Below, piece by piece: positions 20,501-35,500 of a stretch of 54,192 nucleotides of DNA (positions are counted from its first letter, which is position 1; every line of letters starts with the position of its first letter). Under the pieces are notes generated by a model. The model did no database searches, was not told where the DNA came from, and was given only the letters and a program-made list of their open reading frames with translations. A program made the translations under genes and the position numbers. Source of the DNA: Callorhinchus milii (lineage: Eukaryota). The stretch covers positions 1-54,192 of the forward strand of contig NW_024705329.1 in the NCBI RefSeq assembly GCF_018977255.1. The letters are read 5' to 3'.

Positions 20501-23500
20501 CATTGCTTCACCCTGTGTGGTCCGAATCAAACTCAGGATCTGCGGCCTTGGCCCACCGGCGGCTGACGCAAATTTGTGTCCAGTTGCGAATCGGCTATAT
20601 ACTATGGTGTATTGGTGGGTCTCCCAAAAGCGCGTCTTCATAGGGTTATAAGCAGCGCCGTGATTTGAGACTACAATCGTATTAGGCTGTATAAGTAACT
20701 CCGAGATAATAATCGTTATCCGTAATAGACAATAGTCTAGGGTGTAGATGCTTAGAAATTCCTCTTATTATCTGCGACGCATTTCGCGATTATGCACGGA
20801 GGCGTAGATTCGATTATCGGCTTAGTCGCATCGGCTTACTGAAATTCGCCCACTACTGAGACCCGAATCGTTTGAAGGCAGCATCATGGTACAGTGACAT
20901 CATTCTATAGTATGAGTGGGAAGGCCTCGGCCAGTGGGGCCATTTATGGACTCTTAAAGCGAGGCGTGGTGCTTCTGGCCCCGATTGAAACGAAAGGTGT
21001 GATGACCACGCTATCCCCGAGCTCCGTAGCCCTGCACCGCTCAGCGCCATCTCGCTTCGCCGGATATTGGGTAGACGCGACTGAGTCTAACGACGACCTT
21101 TTATCTCCAATTCGCTTATCAAAGGTATCTAACTCTGAATAAATGGTGTTACTCTATGGTACTCTCTCCACAAAGGCTTTGCGCCGTCAGGGAATATCAT
21201 TGATCATATGAAACGCCGCCGAACAAGCAGAATAGTAGCGCAGGTGCTGCCCTTATACATGCGTCTAAGCATACCACTAGTAACTACGGGAAGTGAATCC
21301 CATACGCGAAGTAGAGTTGTACAAGCGCCTCCGGCGTCGGGGATGTCACGAGTTCGGTGCAAGACCGTCAGCACTTCCGATAAAGAGTCATATGCAGGGT
21401 GTAGAACCACGATCTGCGTGTGATCAAAATGATATTGAGATACCACGATGGGGCGACTAGATATTGATTGACGCTAGCCCCAGCACGACTCATATTGATG
21501 AAACACGCATGGCCCGTAAAACTCACTTGGATTAGGAGCACTATTTCGCAGGTAAGTGCCCTAAGGCGGAGAAGAGTCGGATCACCGTTTGGCTTGGCGA
21601 ATACGGATTGTCATGACTAAATGACTACCCACAGACTCCTTACACACTAAATGAACCGGGGTGCAGGGCTAATAAAGGCTAGCGGTGAAAACCGTAGAAA
21701 GAAGGATTTTGAATGGCCTCACCACGGAATTACTTGGGAGCCCCCGGCATTGTGTACCGGGACAACTCTGAGCCGCGCGCTAACCCAGCTGATGAACGCC
21801 CTCCCGAGGGTTAAAAAGGGATTGCTAGGCATAAACTTGTGAGGCGATATGGACGAGGCTCTAGCGGGTTACATCAATCCAGTTCTCTTCCGCGTACAGT
21901 CTTCGGAAGGAATTCATCCGTGCCAATCGACATGACGATCTCTGCGTTCGATGGGGATTATCCGTGACCGCCACCAACGAGACTATGCTGCTATGTGCCG
22001 CGACGATTGCAAAGGGAGCGTTGATGATTTAAGACGGAAACTATGATAGTTGGCGCGGACATCGTCGCATTACTTAGGGGCCCAGACTACGACTCGGTTG
22101 TTCGACCGGAGTACAGACTCTTAGTATGATTCCGATTGGTGTAAGTAGAGATGGCCTCCGAACTCGGACACTTAAGCAACGGCGGGACAGTCGGTCGCAG
22201 TTATGGTTTTTTTACACAAAACCCGGGAAATTGCGAGTTGTAGACCCTATGCTGCCAACGGCTTTTGGAGTATGTTAAGAAAAGCGTACGAATGCGTAGG
22301 GAGATGAGAGTAAAGGTACGCCATGAGTCTGTCGAGAACCGTCATGTCGCGAAGAGTGCCCAAAACGCGCAGGGAGGCTGCATACGCACTGTGTTTCCTC
22401 AAGCACTTGATAGATTAGGTCCTCGAGAGACGGTATGGCAGGAGTGCTTAAAGGGGACTCCAGATTTGTCGGACTACGCCGAGATTTCCACCCGTGCCTC
22501 TACATACCGGAGAGGCGTCAGACGCTGGCTGGGAATGCAAGCCTGGAGTCCATTTTTGTAATCGCACCCTTCTATTTCCAGCGTTTCAATTCCTAAGTCT
22601 CTTATTATGGTAGAGGAGACCATACTCGTATACATTATCAATCACATCCTACGAACCGCGCGACACCAGTACATACCGGAGCTGTCTCCGTAGCCTCCAA
22701 AGCAGTGTAGCGGAGGGTGTCACGAAAGCACAGTTGGCTTAAAACGCGTTCGTTGGGCGTGCGGAAAAAAGGAAGGATGCTAGCCAAACTGACCTATGTA
22801 AAACGTGCGAGTATCCGTTATTTCCTCCATTGGAATTTAGCTCATTAGTTGTCCCAGCAATCAAAGTGCCTCCTACAAAAATTCGAGCATAGCTGTACAC
22901 TTCCACACGGCGGAAGGGACGACAGCAAAGGTTGAATTTTGAACCTTCTCAAGTTTTAGTCTTCTTCCGCATGATTAGTGAAGTACCAGATGACGTCAGC
23001 CCACCTATCACGTCTGTGGATAGTCTGGCCTGCGAGCATCCCCGATACTCAAACGTTGCGAAGAACCAACATCCTGTTCTGGACCATTCCGAGGTATCAC
23101 CACGTGTATTGAACGGTGTTTGAAACCGAACCTTCTGTCCGTCGTTTAGCAATGGGTATATGGGCGTAGGGACTCCGCGGCTGCTAAATCAAACGTTAAT
23201 TAGCAACTTCCGGAAGACTCTTCATTTATCTTCATGGACTTAATCTCTCGTCACGAGAGCGGTGTTTCGGCGGTTAAACTTCGCAATGGCTCACGCTTAA
23301 AGAACAACAAGCTAAGGTAGCCCCAATACCAGACAATCGCCTCGGTGCGAAGAAGTGTGGTCAATGTGATCTCCAATTCCCATAACGGCACGACCCGATC
23401 GCCCAAGTACAATAGTTCTACATCGCCTGTCGTGACTAGGACCCTAGGCAACGCTAGATTTCGTTAGACTCGATCGTTTCCTGAGAGCATTCACCAGGGG

Positions 23501-26500
23501 AGCTCGCTGGGCTGGCGAGACCTAGACGTCAAAAGCCCGTCGTGGGCATGATGGCATTTTTTAACTGCAAACAGGGGTGTTGCTACCGGTCAGCCGTGTA
23601 CGTTCAAGATAGCATGTACAAGTGGTTAAAAAACTTGGTTGCGTCTAAGTTGTGACAACGAACACGAATGAGACTAGGAGCCGATCATATTCGAACTATG
23701 TATCATAGGCCATTCGCGATCGACAAGCGGGCCCATTACATGGGAGGCGGTGCGGCCTTTACGTGTTAACATCAAAAGCTGCTAGCTCAAGTTAGTGGGT
23801 CAGAGTACACAATTGGAAGAGCCCAAAATGGAAGTTCGAGGTCATAGCAGAGTATGTATAACTAAACCCACTGAGTTGAAGGGTTCCTCCGTATCCTCGC
23901 AGGACAGCCCTTTTCAGTAATCATCCGGCTTTAAAATCAGGTCTATTACGTGTGGTCGCATGCATTGCATGCGAGGGAGGCTAGAGAATGCCTAGGCAGC
24001 AACAACAGGTCATAGGCCGCTTGTCTTACACCTGAGGTGACGAAATGCTATTCGTTACAAGTGCTAGGGAACGCAAAATTAGTTTGTCGCAGGCTGCATG
24101 CCTAAAAAACGTTGTGGGCCGTCCACGTACACGCATAATAGAGCCGCGGGGCTATCCTGATTCTAGAAGTCTATCTGCGCGAGGCGTCTGAGTGTTAACT
24201 TCATGAGACGCTGTTTAGGATCAGATAGGAGCTATCATGCCAACTTCCTGCCGTTACTGTTACCTCTGCTACTTAAAAGTGTACTTCTGCTTGTCGGCAG
24301 ATCGCCTTTGTCCCAGCGGGTTTCATCCCATCGCGTTGTGCGCGGAGTAGGGTCAAAGGCTTAACTATGCAGGCGAATCAGATCCTGACATGCTGTAATA
24401 AGTGTCTTAACCATCTGCTAACGGATGAACCTGGGCGCTAAATTTGGAGGAGTTGCAGGTTCTAGACGTTTATTATGCACCAGAACCTATAAGTCATTCG
24501 TAAACCGTTAGAATACCACTTGTTGGTTCGACCTAGGGGCACTACAATGCCGATAATTAACCACATGAAGTTACCGTCCATATAGGATGTCCGTACTATG
24601 CGATGTGTACCCATGTGAGGCTTAACTCGACGCACCACTTCTGCATCCGCGCGCATTCAGACGAGTGACTCAGCGTGCCTGGCGTATCCAACCAGTTGTG
24701 ACCGTATGATTTAATCCCTAGGTTCCATCAACACAAATAGTCTACATAATTGGTAAAGCATGTACTAAGACACTTACCAGATCTATGGGTTTAACGCGGT
24801 ATAGGCTTACCGGTCAAAAGACATCGCTTTCATGGCGTCCTCTATCAAGGTACTTGGTGACCTTAAGCCGAATGACCTGATACTGCTGACATGGGGGTTT
24901 CATAGCTCTAGGAAGAGTTTTGGCAGAGCGTAGAGGAAGACAATATCCGACATATGTAGGGCTAAGCTTCGATTGAATTCACAACATCCGGCAGGGGCGC
25001 GCTAAAAAATCCACGGTGCTTATGGCTGACACCATGAGGTCGTAATGGCATTCGAAGAGTCGCACAACAATGCATAGTTATATAGGCGCGGGGCCCGATG
25101 ATCCACGCACATGATCTCGAAATCAAACGACGTCTACATAGCATACCTAGCGTCGTCACTTTTGCTTGGGTCCGGGCTCTTACGATCGGGTTAAGGATTC
25201 ATAGATCACGGGTCGCACTTGGCAGACACGACGAGTGGCGGCTAAACGCAACGGCTGTTTCCAGGCGATGTTCTTAACGTGTAGTGGACTTCCGAATTCA
25301 AGTTGTGATAACAGGAGTCCCGGTTTTCTACCTAATATCGCGTATAAGGTTGCACCGATGTTCCTGCTAGTTCCTGTGATACACAGCGAACAACACCGGT
25401 GCAAAGAATGTTAGTTTACCCTTATGTTGGGTGCATAGCGATTTTCCGGAGAACCAATGCAGTGCAATTCCCAATTAAAGAGGTTGCCTCAGAGACTGAC
25501 ATTCTATAATCGCACGTATTTTTAGTGTGAGGGTGCCTGCTATGCTGTGATAATGCTGTGTCCTAAACTGGCACTCTGAGTGCTCTTTCTGGCATAGTCG
25601 TGAATCATAAAACCGGGCTGCCTGGGGCTTGTACCCACGCCCGATGATATCATATGCGATCCCCACTATCAGGGAACACGCCGTCGAGCAACCTGGCACA
25701 CCATACAAAGTCCATGGAGAACACCCCGAGAGCGAATTCACGTAGTATGAGTATCGCACATAGCCTAAGTGGAGTAGTCTCAAGCTAATACATCAGACAA
25801 TGATCCTGACCTAGACGTCGTAAAAACGCCAGCGTCCCCAGACCCACCAGGGAGTGGTTTGACGCCATGGCGGAAGTGTGGGATGCAAGTCAAGAGTTGG
25901 TAGGCAGTCGTCCGCCTCGTTACCATAGACCCGTTAATTGGTATCGCGGTATCCAATATAGAAGGCACGGGTATCACGATCATCTGGCCGCATGCATGTC
26001 AGATAACGTCGTTTCTCAAGACAGAGGGACAGGGGCACTTTTCCCTGCTGTAAGCGGACTCTCAAAAAACACACATACCCGCCCACTCGGATACTTTACG
26101 AAGCTTTGATGTGAAATGTCCCCCACCGCCGCGCAAGAAGTTTGATCAAGTGATACGCACACTTTGACCTGTAAGCAGTGTACGCGCCGAACCAATCCTT
26201 CCTGTGACACCTCACCATTTTTCTGTTCAAGAGGACCTGTCGGCGGACGCATACAGTTTAAACGCTAAGTCCGGTGCATCGTCTTTAGGCCACAGTATCC
26301 CTGCACGATCGCAGCGGCTTCCCTGAGGAAGCAAAGAGATCGTTGTGAGAGCTGCCCGCGCGATCTTAGGCTAATATTAATGTCCAGCAGGGACCGGGTC
26401 GTTACCAAATATCAAGCTACGGAAGTAGCATGTGAACCAGTAACACACCGCTGCAGCCGGTCTTACCGTTAGAGGCTTAGAATAATAAGAGAACCAACCA

Positions 26501-29500
26501 TTCAAAGTCACGGGCTCGTGATTTGGAGTTAAGGTAGGAATTGTAAGTAACATTTCCAGACTTCCGCGGAGGTGCATGGTTCGTATCACCTCAGCCAGCT
26601 TATGCAGCACCCTTAGCATACCCGTTTAATGAACGCATCGAATACCTCAGTTTGGTTAGCGCAAAGGCGTTGTTCTTCTTGGTCTTTCCCACATCAAACT
26701 CATTGAAAGTGCCGCGGGTTTACCGCAGGTGCTTGAAACGTTAAGCAATACGATACATGCAGATGACTCCCTGCACCGGAGACTTAATAGCATGAAAGCT
26801 AACCGAGATGAAGACTCTCGCGGAATATTGGAGAATAGAGATTATTTAAGCCTGCCACATAAAGCATTGACCGAAAATATTCCAAGATCAAGCCGGTTGT
26901 GCTACGGGCACTAGGTGGTCTGCGATACCAACTCTGCTGCGTAAAGGTGTGCCTTCGTCTCCGATCCTTGGGATATTTTATTTTTACGGCCACCTGTTAT
27001 AAATAGTGCAGGGCTCAAAGAACTTCGTTGAGGGCGCGTGAAGCACCATAGTGCGGATAGTGCGGATACGAATTCCCTATTCTCTCTTCCATTATGCCCC
27101 TCTAAGGGTTAGGAAATAACTGCTGTCTACAAGTTCCACGTGTCAAGTATATTAAGATCTCTCCAGAGAGCGCCCTTAATATACCAAGCTTTAAGAGGAG
27201 CCACATGCTTGCTGGGTTGGCCCCGACGTGCACATATTCGCTAACAGTGCTTGGGACGAGTCCTCCGTTGCTCTTGGCTTCTTTCCTGATCCCGGGCTTG
27301 GTCGAGCAAAAATCCCTAGAGCGCTCTTAGCCACCGCACCGAACAAATAACGATAATCTCAACAGCCCGTACGCTCGAGAATAGTTACTAACTTGCACGC
27401 GGATAGCACCAAGCGTAGTGTATACTGCTGAGACCAAAGGCCACGACACCATGAAATGGTCCCAGACTAATGGTGCCATTAAATTTCTAAAGGATACGAG
27501 TCGTTCTAGAGAATGTTATGTAATAATTATGTCCTGTGCTCAGTCCGTGGTGTATTCAACTGTACCGCCCCCAAAGAGTGATCCGTCATTACTACTCAGG
27601 TCATAAAACAACGATATCGGTGCCCGTCAGAAATTACTTGACACAAGTGTTGGTAAGAAGGGAAGCAATCAAAAAGTCTGGCATCCCTCGAGTGTCCGAC
27701 ATCACGTAGGTGAAGCGAACATGGGGAAACCCATCTGTGGATAAACATACACTCGTTTAAAAGACCCGAGTGGTCCCACCTTAAGAAAACAATGCTGGCT
27801 CCTGTTGACCGTTTGACAGTGTAGTAGGCTCACCAAGCGTTCCCATAGCTTACAGAGCTTCGTTAAGGTAATTGTCCGAACCTGTAATGATAACCAGAAG
27901 CACAACAGAACGCCTGAGGCATCTATTCGATACTCCGGACAAGTTTCCTTTGACTTGTGCTTTAGTGCGGAAAACAAATGGTCCTTAGGGGCAACGGCCA
28001 TAATAGTAAGCTACAACGCGATATGCCGCTTTCGTGGGGATATAACCTGGCTTTTACTGAAGACCTTTCAGGGCTGGCTGCCATTTGAGACCAAAGCCAG
28101 AGCTCCACTGCACGATTGCGGCAAGTTTTGTTCCGTCTTCGTCGGCACTCTACAGAATCATAGATTCTGTCCACGAGCTCTTCTTCAGTTAACCGTCAAC
28201 TTTACAAAAGCAGGGTCACAGGTCTTAACAAAATTTCTGAGACTGTCGGCGTGAACTCTTCCTGGGTACATACGGATGTTTTAGAATTTTTTTACGGCCC
28301 GCGATCACAGCTTTTTAGGGGTAAAAGGCCACCAGTACATCACATTTTTTATAAGTGAGCCGTCGCACGTGTGACTAATGATAGGTCGTTCCGGTAAAAT
28401 TGCTCAATACGCTATACATATCATACCGCTGGTGTATCTCCACCCCCCCGTAAGGACGTTGTCAAATTAAACTTAACTGTCTGACCCTTTGTTCAGGGGG
28501 TCAGAATCGAAGCGTCTGCGACCAACTAACTTCACGTTTCACGTTCAACGTCTGTCGGTGCTGAAATCTAACCCTGAGCCAGGCGGACTTGTGAAGCATA
28601 TATGGAGTCATGCCAGCGTTCCAATCTCACCTGGCTGTAGCAGGATCACCACTGTAGCCTTTTCACTTCTAGTTGCATGTGAGATACCTCTTTGATACGC
28701 ACAATCAGAGCTTGTACGACCTCAGCATTTCCTAGGTTAGGTTTAAAAACAAGATATGAGAAAAAGCTGTGCAGATGAAGTAAACAGTGCTTGGCCTCAT
28801 ACGTGGTAGGTGTAGTTGGCTCGGGCTATCCGCGCCTGAGAAGGATATTACGCTTTCGGCGCTGCTCGCACATCTACGAATACTCGCTAGCTAACAGGGG
28901 CATCGTAATGTTAGCCCTGTGGATACTCCGCTAATGGCGCCTGAACTTAAGTGAGGAAGTGACCCCGGAGTGTAGTAGGGAAAACTCGGATCCTACCATT
29001 CCGAATTCCGCGTGCATAGTTTTATAAGATTTTTTATCCGTAAGGAGCACCCCCACTAGGTTAAATCGTATTTACGCAAGTTAATTGCGTAGAACCGTAG
29101 TTAGACGTGGACTGCGCAATCTCCGGGCTGTCTAAGGTGATGGATTCTAGGTGTAGCGTAGCTACGCCGCGAGGGGTGGGGAACAACTTGCTTTATAGTG
29201 ACCCAGGAAACACTTTTAGTTGTGCGATGAAGAGTGGTGAACAGTGTTGTGTGTCCAAGACATAGCGTGCCTAATGACCTCCTCAGAAGTGTAGGCAATA
29301 ACGATCTAAGTCAGGTTTAAAAGAACCCCGTATATTCAATGACGGCTCCCGTACTCCGTGCGCGAACGGCCATACGACTAACAACACCTGACGTAATGCA
29401 GCTTGCCGACTCTCCTACCCTCATAAATATGGCGGTGGTCCAACACTCCTTTAAACGATAGTTATACTAGACGCAGCCTAGGTTACTGGTCGCAAGAATT

Positions 29501-32500
29501 CATATGTTTCGGCAATTCGTTCAACTTACGATATCTATGTATACTTTACTAGAGATCTTAGAATTGAAGAGTAGGTCTCCGTTCGCACTCGCCGAAGAGC
29601 CCTTAACAATTCCGTAAGAGAGTTAGAATTATGGCAGTTCAGGTCCCTGGATGCAGAGTGAACGAGCCGAGGGGGGTTACTTGCGGTACATGGGCGCGTG
29701 GTCAGATCAGATACATGATGGGCTACAGACGTGCAGGTTCTAGCCATGAAGACCCAAATGAAAGGGGTATCACCCCCCACTGATTCGCTTCGTGCCGCAG
29801 GCCTACACCGCAGGGCGGCGATCCTAAAGTCGTTCCAGACGAACGAACTTCTGCAGATCATCCCTCTTAGTCGACGAACTACTTAGTCTCTCTTATAGTG
29901 AGCATTATTCTTTTCCACATACCATATTAGGGTGGATGTAAAATTCGCTCCTCGGCATTCAGTGCCAGCATGCTACAAATAATTTATTGACCCCAAAACA
30001 ACATTTCCACTCAGCCCTTAGACGCTGGCGGTCGATCTCTGTACGGCAGCTTCTGGGGCAGGGCCAAGAAATAAGTCTTCGTGCTCACTTCCCTCACAAG
30101 CTGCCCCCGACTTACCTTATGTGTTAGGGTCTTTGAACATGAACGCGCCCTTCGCAATTATAAGGTCCCAAACGAACGCGGTGCGAGAGTATTTCGGCCG
30201 TTTGTTGCACCAACCGGCGCTATTAATCCGGACTTGAATAGACCGCACTTGGGGTGCAAGAGTTTGGTCCCCGGAGTAGTGATAAGACAACTACGAGCCT
30301 GTGATTTCCAAAACTGTCCCTTAGCTAGATTCGATGAGGGCCGGAGCACTTTTTTATTGGTTAAGAAATCATACCTAGAACTAAGGTAGCGAGACCCTTT
30401 GTAACGAACCTCCCGTCGCTGTTCATATAAATAATCGCCGGGTTTCGCCAACTAATATAAAGAGTCGGAGCGAAGATCGCGCGTTATGAGGGCTGGACCC
30501 TATGCGCCAAGGCAGTCTAAGACTCAACGGGCCTCTCCATTGACTATGGACAGCCGTGCCTCGCGACAAACGTTAATGAAGGTGCCCTCATTAGAAGGGT
30601 AGAGTTTGAAAACTTACTTTCCTTGACACCGTGGGAGCCATTATGTCAGCTCGGAATACCAGTACATAAAAAACTGTGTGCAGGATCCACTGAGACACAG
30701 CTTGGGAGTTCTATCATCGGTAGGTGCTTCCTTTATTCCCGTCCCTGGGCAAGGAATAAGAAGTGCTAAGGGCCGATTTCACGTATTCAGCGTCGTGTGA
30801 TCTGATTGGTGGACTTAATTCCGACTCTGTCTTCCCCACTTGCTCGGAGGCATTTAATCCTTAGTTGGACGAATGCGTTGAGGGCTTCTAAAAAAGCTAG
30901 ACGCCCCTCATTGGGAGTTATTGGCTGCGTATGAAGCTCAGGGCTCTCGGTCGCAAGAGTTGTCGGGTAAGCATGAAGTAAGTGGTGGGCACAAGATGTC
31001 TAGTGGCAGTCTTCTGTGAACCGATAAGTCGGTAATGAACCATGTCAACTGAATCTCTCCAAGATGGTCCACGCGCATCGATCAAAAGTTTTGGCAGGCA
31101 CTTTGAGGGTGTATGGAGTGAAGGATCCGGGGAATGTTCGCGAGGCGGGCCTGCTGACCACTCAGGATTCCGGTATGAATCACGTTGTACGACAAGACAC
31201 CACAGAATATGTACCATTGATCTTCTCCAGGCATTCGCATGCGTTACATTCCGACTGCAAACGCTTCATGTCGCTACGAGGGCGCCGACCAAGCGTATGT
31301 TTGGGCCGGCGCGGGTTTGCCAAATTGAGGACAAAGTATTATAACTAGGGGGGTAAAATAACGGTTCGTAGACCGAGACAGCCCCTGTTATTCTGGGGCC
31401 TGAGGAAGCCTCGCGAAGAGCTCTGGGACAATTACCGACGCCCGTCGCTATGCCGACGGATATCCTATCCGCTAGTGGGATCCGCAGAACTATTTAAACG
31501 AGATCAATAGAAGAGTTTGGTGACCGTTCCACACACCGAGCTGAGGTCTACTTGGTATGCGCTTGTCTCTTTCCTTGCCTTGTCCCGTGGCGACCCCAGA
31601 TTCCGAAAGCCGCTCAAACGTCAGATGGAGGCAGATTCGCGACTTCACAGCGTTACCCCCGAGTATGAGTCGGCTCCCCAGCCCGCAATTAATTTTTGGC
31701 AGCAAAATGAGAAACGGGCGGCGCCTTCGTAATCAGATCGTCTAGAAGATTTGCGTTTCTCAATGGTTGGCTTCGACCGCGATTGCAGTGGGATAAGCAC
31801 CGAAGTAAGTGTCAAGTCCCAATGAAAGACCAAGCGAGGGCCGGCAAACGGCGCACTCCCAAATGCGCGGCACCTTGTGCCTCCGGTACTTTAAAAGCTA
31901 CAACGTCTCTCTGAAACGGTATGAGACGCGTAGCCGCGGTCAAATACTACTGCCGAGTTTTGATAATGCGAGTCGATCTCTCAGGTCAAGCAGAGTCTCA
32001 TATGAGAGATCGTTTCGGTAGCATGAGCATATTATCGGGTGGGCTATAAGCAGTAATGAGTTACCAGATCAGCCATAACATCAGACACTCTATTGCACAA
32101 CCGAATTCCCCATTTCACAGAAATTCCTTAGCACCCAAGAGCCGATCTCTTCACCGGTGGTATTCACGCACCTTCACTGGCATCCGGCTCGTATTACACC
32201 AAATCAGGAACCTTTCGATCTGGGCGCAAGGTAACATAAAAGCCCTCATTATTCATGGAGTTGCCGAAGTATTTGTAGGTTACATAGCCCTGACTCTAGA
32301 CTAGACTCTGCGAATAGCCCTCCAGGGGAATGCGCAGCACAATATCCGGAATCGTAGTCTAGGGGGACTCTTTTTAACCATTTTGCGTAGTGAACTTAGA
32401 TACGCCGCAGTGCCTATGTTCGATCTCTAGCAATTCTCCAGGCGATGGAGGCACTGAGAAAGTCACTATAGCACAGTAACTGTGATGTCATGGGCACCGG

Positions 32501-35500
32501 CGCGAGTGAGGGCATCTTTCGATCGGCCCGCGGTGCTGAGATTGGACTTTAAACGGGTTCTTGGTTAAAAGGCCGGATCGAAGACCCCAACATTTTGTGT
32601 TGCGCTAACGATAACGGCTTCTATCGATCAGGCGCATTGGCAAAGTCCCGATCTCTAAGTTTATAACAGAGTACGCCTCAGAAAGGCCGATAATCCTTCG
32701 CGGGCGCTTCGATCTCCGGCCACTCCTGGACATAGATTCATGACCGTTAGGCTACCTGAGACGAATCAACACATGGTTTGAGAAAAGAGCTTCACACAAA
32801 GAACCATAAAGTCATCGTTCTGGGTCAATCTAGTTAATAACGGAGTCATATATCGGAAGTCTCCTACCACTGCTCACTTCCCCTTATACGGAGCTGTTTC
32901 CTTCATATCCGCTGCAGAGCTAAGAGCTATGACGTAACTTCTGTTAGCCCCCAAGCCCTCAAACAGGAGAGACCTAAACGGGACCAACAAGATCACAACC
33001 CGTTGTCTCACCTGAACGGTATTTGTTTGTGGGATAAAACATGCATCCCGAAGAAACCTAGCCTATTGCAAGTTTTAACATTATCAAAGACTCTCGAGCT
33101 GGGCTCGAAGGTAGACACCGGACCTCATAGGCGAATGGCTGAGAATAGGAGAGCATTTGCTTTTCTAAACTAATGAGTTGTACGTGGCCAGCCATGGGTG
33201 AAAGCAGTGCTGGAGGTCAGTTGATCTTGGGGTCGAGTACACAAACAGCAGGCTATCGGTGTTATTTGATGATGCTTTCGTGGAAAGCACATCATACGGA
33301 AAAGGTTTCTTTGGGTTCAGTTACCTTTCCTCGACATAAGGGATCTGAGAGGGCGTTAGAACACGTATCGAAGCAAGCGAAGCTGCTCTGTCGGATGAAT
33401 AAAACAGACAGCGAATGTGCCTACTTCCAGGCCGGACAGCTTTCTTTCCGTCGATCTGGTTAAACTAAGTGATTTGTGGGATCCACTACTGGGGGTCACT
33501 AATATGATCGTGGGTGCCAATGCCTGATGAGCCTAAGGATATTATTGTTACCGAAGCGGTTTAAACACATACATCGTCCTGTGTTATTCTCGAAAATTTT
33601 TGTAAGCTATGAATTACTTCAAAATAAGACACAGCGGCCACCCATTCGGTGTATCCTTAGGCAATTTCCCCGATAATATGAATCGCGACCGGATAGTTGT
33701 TCCACTAAGACATCACACGCCTTAAGCCTGCCTGATGTGTGGTAAACAGCAGTCTAAAAGCCGACAAATGACGCTTGCGAGCTCTTCGAACGACAAAGGA
33801 CCGATGCTTGCTTCACAGTGGAGACAGCGCGCCATAGGGGGTTACTGAGCTAGACTAACAATAACAGCCCGATCAAATTGCGGGTTCACGACAATACCCC
33901 CTCATCCAAAGCTGTGGAGCGAACCATCAATTCAAGAGACTTGCGATTTAAAACGTTGGAACCTTAGGGGAGAACTAAGTAAGATGTGGAAAGATTGGGC
34001 AAGCTTCTCGCTGACCCAATCTGTGTCTGTTCAGGTCGAGTGCTGGAGGGATTATCCACTCGGGTTGATAATAGCCCGAGTCAGTACGTCAAGTGTAGTC
34101 ATGTGCGAATACACAGATGATCAGATGCTAACTCGAATTCTCCAGGGCTTGAACATGAGTACACCCGTTTGCTATAGAGTTGATGGTTGGCTTATAAACT
34201 GCAACACGGTAGGTGGCCCTTCTTAAGGTACGTCTATCAGGCTCACACTGTCGGCCGACATGAGTCCATCGTTGGGACGTGCGAACGGATGCACGGGTTA
34301 TGTTGGACAGGGGCCATAATCCTAAGGTGGCCTTAGATTGCTGTGGGGAAAACACTAACCGAATGAAGATATTTCCGGCTTCGACTTGAGTCCTAGCTCA
34401 TCCAACGGTCAGCGGCCAGAGAAGCCTACCGTGCGTCAATCTAAGCTGACGTAACCTTCTGGCTTGTTACCCGCGAGATAGATCTAGGGACTTGCTAACG
34501 CAAACGAAATGCGATCCTACCTATTGACGATTCGGAGTATGCAAAGTTGGTGACGTGATTTACCCAGTCAGTATCTATAAGAAACACCACTGAGTCGCGG
34601 ACGACCTGCCAATTGCCGGGAGTAATATGTGCACGGACAGGGCTCATGAACTCCCGCCGACCCTTACACTCCGCGTCCAGTCACAATGTTAAAACATTAC
34701 TATGACGGCATGTATTCGGCGGTCGATATAGAGGAACCGTTTATTATTACCGGTGCGGTCCCGTATGGTACTCCTTGACCACCCCCAGGGAGCACCCACG
34801 GCGTCGGAAGATTTGCAGAAAACCCAGGCGAATATGGTCGTTACTCCTCCCAATCTTACAACCTAATGGATCGCAACAGGTTGCTAAAAAAGATATAGCA
34901 TACGTTTCGTCTACTGAAGACCCCCAATCGAGTTCTGCACATAGGAAATGTAGGATCGTCCGTGCGCCAGCGTGGTTAAGGGCAACACATATCCCGGAGA
35001 ACTTCGCACTCGAAGGGAAATTAACATCATCCCCTGTTCCTGCGCGTGCAAAGAACCGGCTGCGTGTTAGCCTACAAAGGGCTAAGGACTGGAAATCGAC
35101 ATTACATCGTGAAACATTCCTTAACTACTTGATAGTCCGGGATAACCTATTTTGCGACCCACAACGACATATGTGTCGTATGCTTTGAATAACATCAATT
35201 GATTTACAACGGGTCTAAGGCGCTAATGAGGGATTTAGTCACATCGAGTATAAGGAGGCCACAGAACTATCGTTATATAATAAACATGCCAGTTGATAGA
35301 TATTTAACGTCCCTGTAGGATGCGAAAGACTGCTCACCATGGATAGATACGATAAGAGCGGCGACACAACACGCGGCCTCTAATTTACAGGGTAATACCG
35401 AGCCCTTTGATAGGCGTGCCGCAAGCACATGAGGCAGGTAAAAGAGGCAAATGCGACATGTGCGCGGGCTTCTTAAGTGCCACACAGGGTGGATGACCAC

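Noticed and set aside
33523..33560. CTGATGAG in the right half
   Set aside because: No stem II or GAAA follows; expected by chance.
34775..35188. 137-aa ORF, the longest wholly in the right half
   Set aside because: Non-ATG start, no recognisable motif, and length within random expectation.
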